This document shows, one piece after another, positions 38,391-49,467 of a stretch of 64,000 bases of DNA. The stretch is from positions 124,001-188,000 of the forward strand of contig OZ251248.1 in assembly GCA_965240325.2 (NCBI GenBank), written 5' to 3'. The notes beneath the pieces are model-generated. The model did no database searches. It saw only the letters and a program-made list of their open reading frames with translations, and had not been told where the DNA came from. The translations under genes were made by a program, and so were the position numbers. Position 1 is the stretch's first letter; each line of letters begins with the position of its first letter. The DNA comes from Rebecca billardiae RCC1528 (lineage: Eukaryota; Protista; Haptophyta).

Positions 38391-39834
38391 TCACTCGGCC
38401 GCGCCGCTGAGAGGCGGCGCGCCGCCGCCGCCGCCGTCGGCCGCGGAGCGCCGCGCGTCCGCGTCGGCGGCAGCAGCGCCGCGCTCGGCCGCCGCCGGCG
38501 GCTGGTGCCGCCAGTAGCACCGGCGCATGTGCTGCGCCCACGCGCGCGTCTCGAAGAAGTCCCTGCACGGCCTCCCGTCCGCGCGCGCGCAGAAGAGGCA
38601 GTGCAGCCGGAGGCCCACCACCGGCTTCAGCGCCTCGAGGTGGGCCGCGAGGCCCCAGGCGCGCGGGTAGCGCTGGCCGCACACGGCGCACAGCTCGGTC
38701 GGCCCGGCGAAGCCGCCGTCGCCCTCCCCACCCGCCGGCGCGTCTGCTGCCGCCCCGTCGCAGCCACACGCGGGCAGCCCGGCTGCTGCGGCCGCAGCGC
38801 TCGGCGATACGGCCGCCACGCCCGCGGGCAGTGCACCCGCCGAGCCCGGCGGCGCGGGCGGCGGTTGGTACCCGTGCAGCGCCTCCTCGTGCTGTCGCAG
38901 GTCGCGCGCGGTGGCGAAGGTGCGCGCGCACGCGGCGCACGCCAGCGCGCGCTCCGCCTCCGGCCGCCAGTCCGCTCCGTAACAGCGCAGCTCGTGCGCG
39001 CATCGCTCGTGCGTGCGCCGGCCACGCTCAGACCCGAACGTGCGATGGCAGCGGCCGCACGCGAACGGCTTCGCCGCCTCGCGCAGCGCGATCGAGGCCT
39101 CGTGCACGTAGCTGGACTCGGGCAGGAATGGATGGCTCGCACCCGCCGCCTCCGAAGACGCCGCCGCGGCATTCGACGGCGGCGGCCGCGGCGGCGGCGG
39201 CAGCGACGACGACGACGACGACGACGGTGGCGGGTCAGGTACGGGCGCGCCGGCCGCCGCGCCGCCCTCGACTGCGCGCACACGCCCGTCGGCGGCGGGT
39301 GCGCCGCCCTCCGCCTCGCGCCGCCGCTCCCGCGCGAACACGTACGCCTCCGACAGCATCCCGTGCCCGTGCTGCGCCTGCGTCTGCGCCGATTTGAAGT
39401 TCTTTCCATTCTTGTTCCGCCGGCACTCGTAGCCGGGGAAGTCAGCTGGCTCAAAGGGCGAGCACTGCAGCGTGCGCAGCGCCGCGCGCGCCGCGTTGCC
39501 CGCCAGGTTCCAACGCCCCGCCTGCCCCACCACCAGGCTCACGATCACCAGCGGCTCATCCACGCCCGCGTCCGAGTCCGCGTCTGCGCCGGCGCCGGCG
39601 CCGGGCGGCGCAGGCATCACGACCGCACCGTCCGCGCCACCGGGCGTGTCCGCGGCGGCCGCCGACTCGCGGCGCGGCGGGGCGAGCACGCTCGCCGCGC
39701 ACGCGAAGAAGTGCGCGAGCAGGTACCGGTGCAGCCGGAAGTCCTCCAGCCCCAGGTGCGGGTGGTTCCACACGACCCGGTCGAAAGTGCATGCGCGCGC
39801 GGCCGGGACGCCCGGCGCCGCCGGTGTGCCGCCG

Positions 39835-39870
<36 letters not shown>

Positions 39871-40322
39871 ACGCCGCCGTGCTGCTCGCGGCCGTCGGCG
39901 GCGGGGCCGACGCGCTCGTGCTCGGCGCGGTCGGCGTGGATGGTCGCGGCGATGTCCCACGAGTTCACCCCGTGCCGCGTGCGCACGCGCAGCCGCGCGT
40001 GCGAGCCGCGCGCGAGCTTCTCGAGCGCGCTGAGAATCGAGCTCGCCTCGGGATATTTTCGGACCACCTCGTCGCGCGAGTCGAAGGAGGTGGCGAGGAC
40101 GTCGACGTGCGCGCGGGCGGGCACGCGGAGGTAGGCGTGTGCCGGCGTGCGCTCCGCCGCGCCGCTGCGCGCGAGCTGCCGCGCGAGCGAGAGCGCGAAG
40201 GAGAAGTTGCCGTCGCCGAGGATGAGCACACGGACCGAGCTCGGCGGCGCGCGGCACGCGCCGCCGTCGGTGACGAGCGAGCTGACCGTGTCGGCCTCGC
40301 TCACGCAGTCGGAGGGCGGCAT
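38391..40322 (-). CDS. BMT5-like (DUF2431) rRNA uridine-N3 methyltransferase with C2H2 zinc fingers
   Basis: ILGDGNFSFALSL, ATSFDS, KYP, FDRVVWNHPH, FPGY motifs; about four C2H2-like fingers. Start may instead be 40490. Confidence 0.85.
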
Positions 40323-40627
40323 GCGCGGGGGCGGGGGCGCGGGGGTGTCGCGCTCGTCGTGCCCTGCCGCCGGGACGCACGGGGCCTTCCGCTCGAGCGC
40401 CCGGCACGCGTTGGATTCCCAGCGGACGCGCGCGCGTGCTGCGGTGGGCTGGCAAGTGAGCGGGTGGAAGGCGCGCGTCCACGCGGCCAAGGCGCCGGGT
40501 CCGGGGCTTTCAGAGACTGAGCTCGCGCCCAGCCCCGGCGCACCGGGCGACTGACTGGCTGCTCAGCGGAGCCCAGTCCAGGCGGCACGCGCTCCACGCC
40601 TCCCGCGCGCGCGGCACGTGCTGGACC

Positions 40628-42682
40628 ATGCCGAAGAAGCGGCACCTGCACCCGCGCCCGCTGCTCGACCAGTCGGCGCTGCTCGCCTTCTTCAGGGAGC
40701 GCGGCTGGAAGGAGCCCAGCGCGCGCCGCCTCGTCGGCCACTTTGTGCGCGACGGCACGCGCGTCGCCGAGGTCGACGGACTGCCGCGCGACGCGTACGA
40801 GGAGCTGGGCGCGCACTTCGCCGAGATGACGAGCGTGGTCGAGTCGGAGTCGTGGTCGTCCGACGGCTCGACCACCAAGCTCCTCGTCCGCCTCGCCGAC
40901 GGCCACCGCATCGAGACGGTCGTGATCCGCAACCATCACGGCGGCAGCGCGCGCTCCGACGCGACCGTGTGCGTCTCGAGCCAGGTGGGCTGCCAGATGG
41001 GCTGCACGTTCTGCGCGACGGGCACGATGGGGCTCCTCGCCAACCTCTCCGCCGGCGAGATCCTCGAGCAGCTCGTGCACGCCCGCCGCTACGAGCGCGT
41101 GCGCGCTGTCGTGTTCATGGGGATGGGTGAACCGTTGGCCAACTGCGACGCCGTCCTCGAGGCCATCGAGGGCTCCATCGACACGCAGCGCTTCGGCGTG
41201 AGTCCGGATCGGTGCGCGCGTGCGCGCGGGGTGTGGAGCGTCCGCGTGGCGCGCGGGGGGTCGTGGCGGCGTGTGCGGCCTGTCGGGCGCGCGCGCACGC
41301 GCGTCCCCCCCCCGGGACGCAGGCGGCCGCTGCGGCTGTGCTGTTGAAGCGCACCGCACCGCCCGCCGTCGGCCGCCCGCCCGCCCGCCTGCCCGCCTGC
41401 CTGCGCCGCACGTCGCGCGCCGCGCGCGCCCGCGGCCGGCGAGCGGCCGGGGTGCACCCACCCGACGTCGCCTCGCCGCGCTTTTCACGCTCCGCCCCGT
41501 GCACCCGCGGCCGCCAGCGTGAGCCTCTCAACCCTAACCCCTAACCCTAACCCTAACCCTAACCCCTAACCCCTAACCCCTAACCCTAACCCCCGCGGCC
41601 GCGCAGCGTGAGTCTCTCGACTGTCGGGGTGACGCCGCGGCTGCGCCAGCTGGCCGAGCGCGCGCCGCACGTGCGCCTAGCCTTCTCGCTGCACGCGCCG
41701 ACGCAGCCGCTGCGCGAGCAGATTGTCCCGTCCGCGCGCGCGTACCCGCTGCCCGAGCTGATGGACGCGGGTGCGCGCGCCGGCCGCGCCGCGCGCGTGC
41801 GCGCGTGCGCGGCCGCGTGCGCGCCGTAGCCCACCGATAGGGCCGAGGGCCGCCGCCTTTTTTTGGCTCCGAATGATTTTGGGGGTTGATTCTGACGCAC
41901 GCGCGCCCCCCGAGCGCACTGCGCGCGCCGCCGCGGCCGGCGCCGCGTGTGCAGTGTGCGAGCACGCCAGTGCGACGGGCCGCGCGACCCTCATCGAGTA
42001 CGTGCTGATCCGCGGCGTGAACGACAGCGCGCACACGGCGCACGAGTGCGGCAAGCTGCTCAGTGGGACCCTCGGCGCGCGCCGCGCGCTCCTCAACCTG
42101 ATCCCTTACAACCACACGCCAGTACCACACGAGTACGAGCCGCCCGCGGCCGAGGCGGTGGCGGAGTTTGCTCGGATCGTGCACAAGGAGTACGGGCTGC
42201 AGGTGACGGTGCGCAAGGAGAAGGGGTCCGAGTGCGCGGCGGCGTGCGGCCAGCTCGTCGTCGACTCGGCGGCGGCGGCGGGCAAGCGCGGCGCGGCCGG
42301 CGCGGCCGGCGCGGCCGGCGCGGCCGGCGGCGGCGCTCGCGTCGACAGCCTCGACCTCGAAGATTTGGCGAACACGGGCGGCCGCGTGGGGGGCGGCGTG
42401 CGCGCGGGCGGCGCGCGGCAGAGGCCGGCCGCCGGCGCCAGGCAGGGCCGCGCCGGCGGCGGCGCCGCCGAGGCCAGGCGAAAGCCCCAGCCATCGTCGC
42501 CGCCCGCGGCGGCGGCGGCGCGGTCGTCGGCCGCGCTGCCGGCAGCGGCCGGCGCCCTCCTCGGCCTCCTCGGTCAGAACCGCGCGCTCTTCGTGCTGCT
42601 CTGCGTGCTGAGCGCGGTGCTTATTTACAACTGGTTCGTTGCGCGCGCGTTCGGCGTGCTCGTCCGGACGGCGTTCGGATGA
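40628..42682 (+). CDS. RlmN/Cfr-family radical SAM RNA methyltransferase with C-terminal TM helix
   Basis: [49 protein letters not shown]. Exons 40628-41211, 41607-41770, 41955-42682. Confidence 0.92.
41529..41594 (+). repeat. (CCCTAA/CCCCTAA)n telomere-like array just before a 3' splice site
   Basis: About 9-10 units ending 12 nt before the end of the acceptor AG at 41606. Confidence 0.95.
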
Positions 42683-42955
42683 GTCGCACGCTGTTGCACG
42701 CTGCTCCGCGTGCGCGCCTCAGGCGCGCACGGTCACTGATGTAGCTCGCGCGACAGCCGTCGGCGCACCACAGACACCGGCCGATGCCCCAGCTCCAAAG
42801 AAAAGAAGAATGCGAAAAAGGAGAAAAGGCGGGACCCGCGCATTTCGCATTTTTTCGTGCCCGGAAATTCCGCCGCCACGTGTCGGCCGATCGCGGCCGC
42901 CGCCGCGCGGCGCTCGGCGCGTTTTCGGTCACAGGTCAACCGCGCCGCGCACGCC

Positions 42956-45900
42956 ATGGCGAACGCGCCGCTCAAGGCGCCGAGCGGGCTGAATGGCTTC
43001 ATCATGCGCGTGCTGCTGTGCATCTACGTGCTGCGCATGATGCCCGTCATGCAGCTCGCGCTCAAGGGCCAGATCGCCGCCCGCCGCCTCGGCCAGGTGA
43101 TGGACAAGCGCGCGATGGTCGCGCCGCCGAGCACGCCGCCGCCGACCGTCTCGGAGCTGATCGGCCCGGCGGGCGAGATGGCGCACGAGCTCGCGAGCCT
43201 GCGCGACGTGCCGTGGCTCGTCGAGCTCCTCGCGCAGGACGAGCGCGGCGCCGTCGTCGTCAGCGTCACCGCCGAGTACGTCGCGGTCTCGCGCGTGACG
43301 CCCTGGCTCGCGCGCCGCACCGTCTTCAACTGCTCGGCGAGCCGGTGGCAGCTGGAGGTCGTGGAGCTGCCGACGGAGGGCGGCGCGCCGCCGAGCGCGC
43401 CGCCCAAGGCACCGCCCGCCGTCGCCGCGCCGCCCGCGCCGTCCATCGCCGCGCCGCCATCGCCCGGCCCGGCCGCGGCCGCCGCCGCGCCGTCGGACGG
43501 CGACGGCGCGGCCGGCGGCGCCGCGGCCAACGCCTCCGACGCGGACTCCGCGTCGGCGTCGGGCGCGCGGCAGCTGGTGCGCGCGGCGGAGCTCGTCGAG
43601 CACCCGCCCGCGCCGCCGCCCGCGCCGCCGCCGCCGCCCGAGTACCTCGACACCGTCCTGCGTCTCAAGAATTTCCGCACCAAAAAAAGCCATTTAATTC
43701 TGATGCCGAACGCAGAGGCGGCGCGGCTGCGCGCGCTGCACCGCCGCGCGGTGGTGCGGCGGCAGGTGATCCAGATCGACCGCGACGTGAGGCGCACGCA
43801 GCTAGGCCGCGGCGGCCTGCAGGTGCGCGCCGCGCCGCGCGTGGGCGCTCGGTCGGCGCGGCCGCGGCCGCGCGCGCGCGCGGTGTGTCGCATGCCCCGC
43901 GCACGGATCCCACCGCGCGCGTGACACGGCGTGCGCCGGGTGTGCCCCCTCGCGCGCGCGCGCGCGTTCGCAGGCGCGCATCGTGCGCGAGGTGCTCGTC
44001 GCCTACGCCCTGCAGGCGCCCCTCGCCGAGCGGTACGTCCAGGGAAACCACCTGCTCGCGGTCGCGCTCACGCAGGCCTTTTTCGGGTCCGGTGTTCTCG
44101 AGGGCGCGCCCGGACTGCTGCCGGAGGGCGCGGCGGCGGGCGTGGTCGGCGGCGCCGCCGGCTCGGAGCCCGCCGCCGCCGCCGAGCCGCCGCCCGCCGG
44201 CTGGGCCGCGGCGGGCACGTCGCCGTCCGCGTACCCGCACCTGGACGGCTCGCACCTCGAGCAGCTGCGCGCGTGCTTCGTCAGCGCCGGACTTTTCCCG
44301 GACTCGGGCCCGACGGCGCGGCAGCTCGGCCGGCTGGCGGCGAGCGCGGGCGGCGCGGCGGAGGCGGAGGCGTGGGCGGCCGCGCAGGTGCTCGGCGCGT
44401 TCAAGTACGTCATGGTCACGCAGGTGCGTGCGCGCGCGCGCGGCGAGGCGCGGTGGCGCGGCGCGCGGCGCGCGGCCAGTGCGCCGCGCGGCGCGTGCGC
44501 TGAACGGCGCGGCGGGTGCGCCGCGCGGCTGGCCGGGTGCGCGGCGGGTGGGCGCTGCCGAGCGGATTGGCCGGCGGAGCGCGGCGCCACGCGCGCGCGC
44601 GCACGGCACGCGCACGCGCGCGCCCTGTGCTCACGCCGCGTGCACACGCGCGCGCCCCGCCGCGCGGAATGGCCGGGACGCGCGCGCGCCGCGCCGCGCC
44701 TCGCGCCTCGGCAGGGCTTGGCCGCGCTGTGCCCCGGCGGGAGCGACGCCGCGTTCGGCGTGGCCGGCGGCGGCGTGGCCGCGCCGTCGCCCGCGTGCGT
44801 GCGCGCGCTGCTCAGCGCCATGCTCGCGCGGACGCAGGGCCCGCTGGCGCGCGCGCTCGCCACACCCGCCGCGGAGCCGGCGGTGGCGGACGCGGACGAC
44901 AGCGGCGCGGCGGGCGGCGCGCCCGCGCACGCGCACGGCGACGGCGGCGACGGCGGCTGTGACGGCTGCGCGCAGCCCGCGCCCGGCGCAGCCGCCGCCG
45001 CAGCCGCGGAGACGGCCGCGGCGGCCGCCGCGGGCGGTGCGGAGGCGGCGTCGGCGGGGGCGCCTGCCACGGTCGACGCCGGCGCCGGCACTGACGCCCC
45101 GGCCGGCGCCGGCATGCAGTTTGGCCCGATCGCGGCGGCCGTGCTGGAGCTGCTCGAGCCGCTCAGCCTCGCGTCGCTGCTCACCATCCCGCCCGCGCCG
45201 CCCGCGTCGGCCACGGCGGCGATGGGCGCCGTCGAGCTGGGCGCGGGCGCGGCGGGCTGCGCCGTCGCCTACCCCACGACGGCGGAGCAGGTGTGTGCGT
45301 GCGCACGCGCGCACCATCTCTCCGCCGCGCGTGCCGCGGCGTGCGCGCGCGGCGCGGAGCCGTGAACCCTAACCCTAACCCTACCCCTCGCGACCTGCCC
45401 CGCCCCGCCTGCGGGCCCCGCCCACCACCGCCGCCCCCACCGCCCGGACGCGCGTGCGCAGGACCACTTCGTCGCCGTGTGGCGCGCCTTCTTGGCCGCG
45501 GACGGCGCGCCCTCCGCTCGCTCGCTGCTGCTCAAGCTGGTCGGAGCGCGCGCTCTCGGCTACTGCCAGGAGGTGCGGCAGCGGGGCGGGGCACGCGGGA
45601 AGGGTGTAGGGTAGGGCTAGGGTGGCTAGGGGCTGCTGCCAGCAGGTTAGGGGCGGGGTGGGCTCAGCGGGGGGCGCGGTGGGGGCCGGCGTGTGCGGAG
45701 AGGGTACTGCGGGCGCACAGCACAGCACAGTGCGTGCGTGTGCGCAGGCGTGCGTGCGCGCGCGCCGTCCGGAGTAGGTGGCGAGGGGACGGGGGTGCCA
45801 CCAGCGCGGACGCCCCGACCCTGCGGCTGCGCGAGCGCACGGCTGGGGCGCGCGCCCCGCCACGCGCCGCGCGGTGCGTCACGAGGCGGCCGGACCGCGC

Positions 45901-46508
45901 TCTCACAGCGCGCCGCCCTCCGCGCGCGCGCCGCCCCGGCCACCCCGCGCGCGTGCGTGCGTGCGGCCGGCGATCTCAGGAGTCCGGAGCTCGCAGCTGG
46001 TACTCGCCCCCGGACTCGTGGCTGCTGCACAAGGCCGGTATCTTCGATCTGGACTGGTGCGCGCACCGCACGCGCGAGCAAGCCGGCGCGGCGCGCGGTG
46101 GGAGGGCGCGCCCGGCCGTGCGCGCGCGAGTGCAGCGTGCGATGGGGCGCTGGGCCGCGGTGGCGCTAGCTAACCGACAGCGTGCGACGCGCGCGCGCCG
46201 CGCACCGCAGGTCGGCGGCGCTGGACGAGGCGGCGAGTGCGTCCGAGGCGGGCGCAGGCAGCAGCACATCGGGCGGCGCGGCCGGCTCCAAGCTCGGTGG
46301 CGCGCCGCGGCCCGGGCAGAGCAGTGCGCTGGCCGGCCCCGCGGCGCGCGCCGCGGGCGGTGCGGCGCGCGCCGCGTCGGACGAGCAGCTTGGCGATCTG
46401 AGCGCGCGCTTTGCGTCCGGCTGGAAAGTCTCCCGGCTCGAGATGGCGCTGCTGCGTACGCGCCTCGCGACGACCAACAAGAAGCGGGTGGCAGCGCCCG
46501 CCGCGTGA
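42956..46508 (+). CDS. Divergent TBC (Rab-GAP) domain protein
   Basis: IDRDVRRT (IxxDxxR) and YVQG (YxQ) catalytic fingers. Exons 42956-43822, 43974-44423, 44715-45290, 45462-45572, 45980-46056, 46211-46508. Confidence 0.7.
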
Positions 46509-47065
46509 GGATGCCCGAGGCCGCCACGGGCAGTCGGGTCCGAGTGGCGTAGTGATGGGCCTCACTCGTCCGATCCCGGCTGATCAGACATATTCATCGC
46601 GACGATATCATAATGACGAAAGAAATCGATTTTCGGCGCGCGTTATACCGTAACCCGTCCGCACTTCCGCCCAGTGGGGATGCGCGTTGGATTTTTTTTC
46701 ATGATGCCCCGTATTCATCGCGGCACTTCGCGCCGCCACATATCAGTGGAGAAAGACCGGGCCGAAGCCGTTTGTTCCTTTGGTTTGAGCATGGTCGGTT
46801 GTGCGCACGCCCATTCGATAATCGATGGCGCGCTCCGAGCGGCGGGCGTGCGCGCATGTGTGCCGCGAGGGGGGCTGCGAGGCGTCGGCCGGCTTGCCAA
46901 GGTGGTTCCCCGGGGCGGCGTCACCCTCGCCCGCCCCTCCTCGCCCACCCTCGTTCCACGGGCGGCCACACGTGAGCTGTTAAGATGACTTCTCGGGGGC
47001 CGCGCGGCACGCGCGCGGAGAGGCGAGGAAGTGTCTGCTGCCACTCTCGTCGGAGAGACGGAGAG

Positions 47066-49222
47066 TCATTCGATGATCCTGATGCCGTGGTCACTCAAGT
47101 CCGGCGGCGTCGGCAGTGCGCCCTCGCCCGCCGCCTGGCCGCCGATGCGCGCCATCGCAGCGCCGTGCCCCGAGCGGAAGAGCTCGCCCGTGCGCGTCAG
47201 GTAGATGGCGCGCGCGCGGCGCATACGCTCGGCGGTGGCGGCGTCCGCGGCGGAGCGGCCCGCCCCGGCCGCCTGCTCCGAGCGGCTGCGCGCGCCGCCG
47301 CCCGAGTCGGCACCGCCGGGTGGCGCCGGCAGCTCCGCGTCCGCCGGCGGCGCCACGAGGTGCAGCGCGCGCAGCTCCGCGCCGTCGTGCTCGCCGTCGA
47401 AGCCGCCGTAGGTGTGGACAGTGCCGCCGAGCGCGCACATTGCGACGCACGCGCGCCCGCCCGCGCCCGACGCGCCGCGCGCGGGCTGCGCCGTGCCCAC
47501 GGCGTGCCACAGGGCGACGGGAGCGCTCACGGGGGAGGCGACCGGTGCGCTCAGGGCGGAGGCGTGCGGTGCGCTGCTCAGGGCGGAGGCATCGGCAGCG
47601 CCGGCTGCGGGCGCGCGGGTGGAGCGCGGCGCTGGGCGCGCGGAGCCAGCGTCGTCGTCGATGGCGGCCGGCTCAGCCGTGGGCGCCGCCGAGCCCGGCG
47701 CGGCGGCCGGCGCCGCCACCGCCGCCGTCACCAGGTACGCACTGCCCTCGCAGAATTCAAACTCCGCGTCCACGCCGCCGAAGATCAACAGGCCCAGGCC
47801 CAGCGGCAGCGCGGCCGCGCACGCGTCAATGCGCGCGCTCAGTGCTGGCGCGCCGTCGGCTGCGGGCGTCGGCGCGTCCGCGGCCAGGGCCGTCCCCTCA
47901 CGCTCGCGTCCGAGCGGCCCGGACGCGCCCGCGGGCCCACCGCCCGCCCGAGCCGGCGCGCGCGCCGCTTGCAGCGTGGCCGCCGGTGCGAAGGCGCACG
48001 GCGCGAGCCCGCGCGGCGCGGCGCCGCCGGCCGCGCCGACGCTCCGAAGCTGCGACCAGCTGAAGGTGCTCAGGTCGAGGACACTCACGTCCTGCTGAGT
48101 AAGGAGGGAGCCGTCCTGCCCGCCAACCACCACCAGCGCGCCCGCCGAGCGAGGCCCCGCGCCCGCCGTGCCCGCAGCAAGCTGCACGCCGCCGCCGCCG
48201 CCACCGCCGCTGTCAGCCCAGCCGCCGCCGCCGCCGCCGCCGTCCACCACAGCGCCGCAGTGGTGCGCTCGCACGACCGCCTGCCCGCGCGTCTCGTGCC
48301 GGAGCCACGCGCCGCGCACGGTGGCGTCGCGCGCGCCCGCGCCGCCGAGGCCGCCCGACGGCGCCTCCAGCGCGAGCGACCACACGTCGCCGCGCGGCCC
48401 GTCCGCGCCCATGCCGCCGTGCAGCAGCAGACGGCCGGCCTCCGGCCAGTAGACGCCCACTGCAGAGGAGCAAGGGTTAGGGCTAGGGTTAGGGTTAGGG
48501 CTAGGGCAGGGCGAGGCGTCTGGGGCGGCGGCGGTGTCGTGCGTCGCGGCGTCGACGCGGAGCCAGCGCCCCGCCCCAGCGCCCGCGGCCGCGCCCCCCG
48601 CGCTCCACACCAGCACCCACGCGTCAGCGTGCAGCACGCCGCCCTCGCCCGCGCCGCCAAAGATCAGCATGGCCGCCGCGCGGCGCGCGCCGTCCGCGCG
48701 CGCGAGCGGGGGGTAGGCGCACGCGACGTGGTAGCAGCGGGCCTCGGGCTGCGGCTCGGTGGCGCCGGTCACGACCACCGCCCAGCTCACCGCGCCCCCC
48801 GCCGCGCCGTCCAGCGTGCCCACCCGCGCGTCGGCGAGCGTGCCGCCGTGCTCGCTAATTCGGCCGCCGAAAACACAGAGCTGCGTCGGCCCCAGCGGGA
48901 CCAGACTCGCGCCCGAGCGCCCGCCGGGGCTCGCGGGGCCGCTCGACTTGCATGCGCGCCAGGGGCGCGCCGAGACGCGCAGGCCGTGCGCACGCACCTC
49001 GCGCACCGCGCGAAACACGCCGCTGTCCGTCGGCGCGCGCGCGGGCCAGAGAGCGGCGTAGCGCCTCGCGAGCGCGAGCGCGGCCGCGGCGCGCGCGGCG
49101 GAGCTCGCGGCGGCGAGCGCGAGCACGGGCGTGTAGTCGGCGCACGTCGCGTGCGCGGGCGGCGCGGATGGCAGAAGCGCCGCCGCGATGTGCGCCAAGA
49201 GCTCAGGCGGGAGCGAGTCCAT
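47066..49222 (-). CDS. F-box/Kelch-repeat protein
   Basis: MDSLPPELLAHIAAAL (F-box-like); six Kelch GG motifs VFGG, IFGG, LHGG, VVGG, IFGG, TYGG. Confidence 0.82.
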   Translation of the reverse strand: MDSLPPELLAHIAAALLPSAPPAHATCADYTPVLALAAASSAARAAAALALARRYAALWPARAPTDSGVFRAVREVRAHGLRVSARPWRACKSSGPASPGGRSGASLVPLGPTQLCVFGGRISEHGGTLADARVGTLDGAAGGAVSWAVVVTGATEPQPEARCYHVACAYPPLARADGARRAAAMLIFGGAGEGGVLHADAWVLVWSAGGAAAGAGAGRWLRVDAATHDTAAAPDASPCPSPNPNPSPNPCSSAVGVYWPEAGRLLLHGGMGADGPRGDVWSLALEAPSGGLGGAGARDATVRGAWLRHETRGQAVVRAHHCGAVVDGGGGGGGWADSGGGGGGGVQLAAGTAGAGPRSAGALVVVGGQDGSLLTQQDVSVLDLSTFSWSQLRSVGAAGGAAPRGLAPCAFAPAATLQAARAPARAGGGPAGASGPLGREREGTALAADAPTPAADGAPALSARIDACAAALPLGLGLLIFGGVDAEFEFCEGSAYLVTAAVAAPAAAPGSAAPTAEPAAIDDDAGSARPAPRSTRAPAAGAADASALSSAPHASALSAPVASPVSAPVALWHAVGTAQPARGASGAGGRACVAMCALGGTVHTYGGFDGEHDGAELRALHLVAPPADAELPAPPGGADSGGGARSRSEQAAGAGRSAADAATAERMRRARAIYLTRTGELFRSGHGAAMARIGGQAAGEGALPTPPDLSDHGIRIIE
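48473..48511. repeat. TTAGGG/CTAGGG array inside the F-box/Kelch ORF
   Basis: agggttagggctagggttagggttagggctagggcaggg; encodes PCPSPNPNPSPNP on the minus strand. Confidence 0.92.
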
Positions 49223-49467
49223 GCGCGGAGGTGACGACGCCGATGCTGCTGACGGCGATGCGCGAGGCCGTTCGCGCGCTCGAAGGTTCTTTGATTCTTT
49301 CCAGCCGGAACCCAGGAGGTGTGCACCCGGCACGATGGCGGCGGCGCGCGTCGGACGGCTAATTTGGACACAGTTGATACAGTGTACCGAGCAGCCTACA
49401 TCGGGTGCAGCTGCTGTGCGCAGCGTCTGGCCATGCACGCCCTGCTGCTCCTGCCCCTATGCTACGC

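Noticed and set aside
41529-41594. True chromosome end or mis-join at the CCCTAA array
   Set aside because: The array is short and degenerate, and the RlmN reading frame continues correctly across it.
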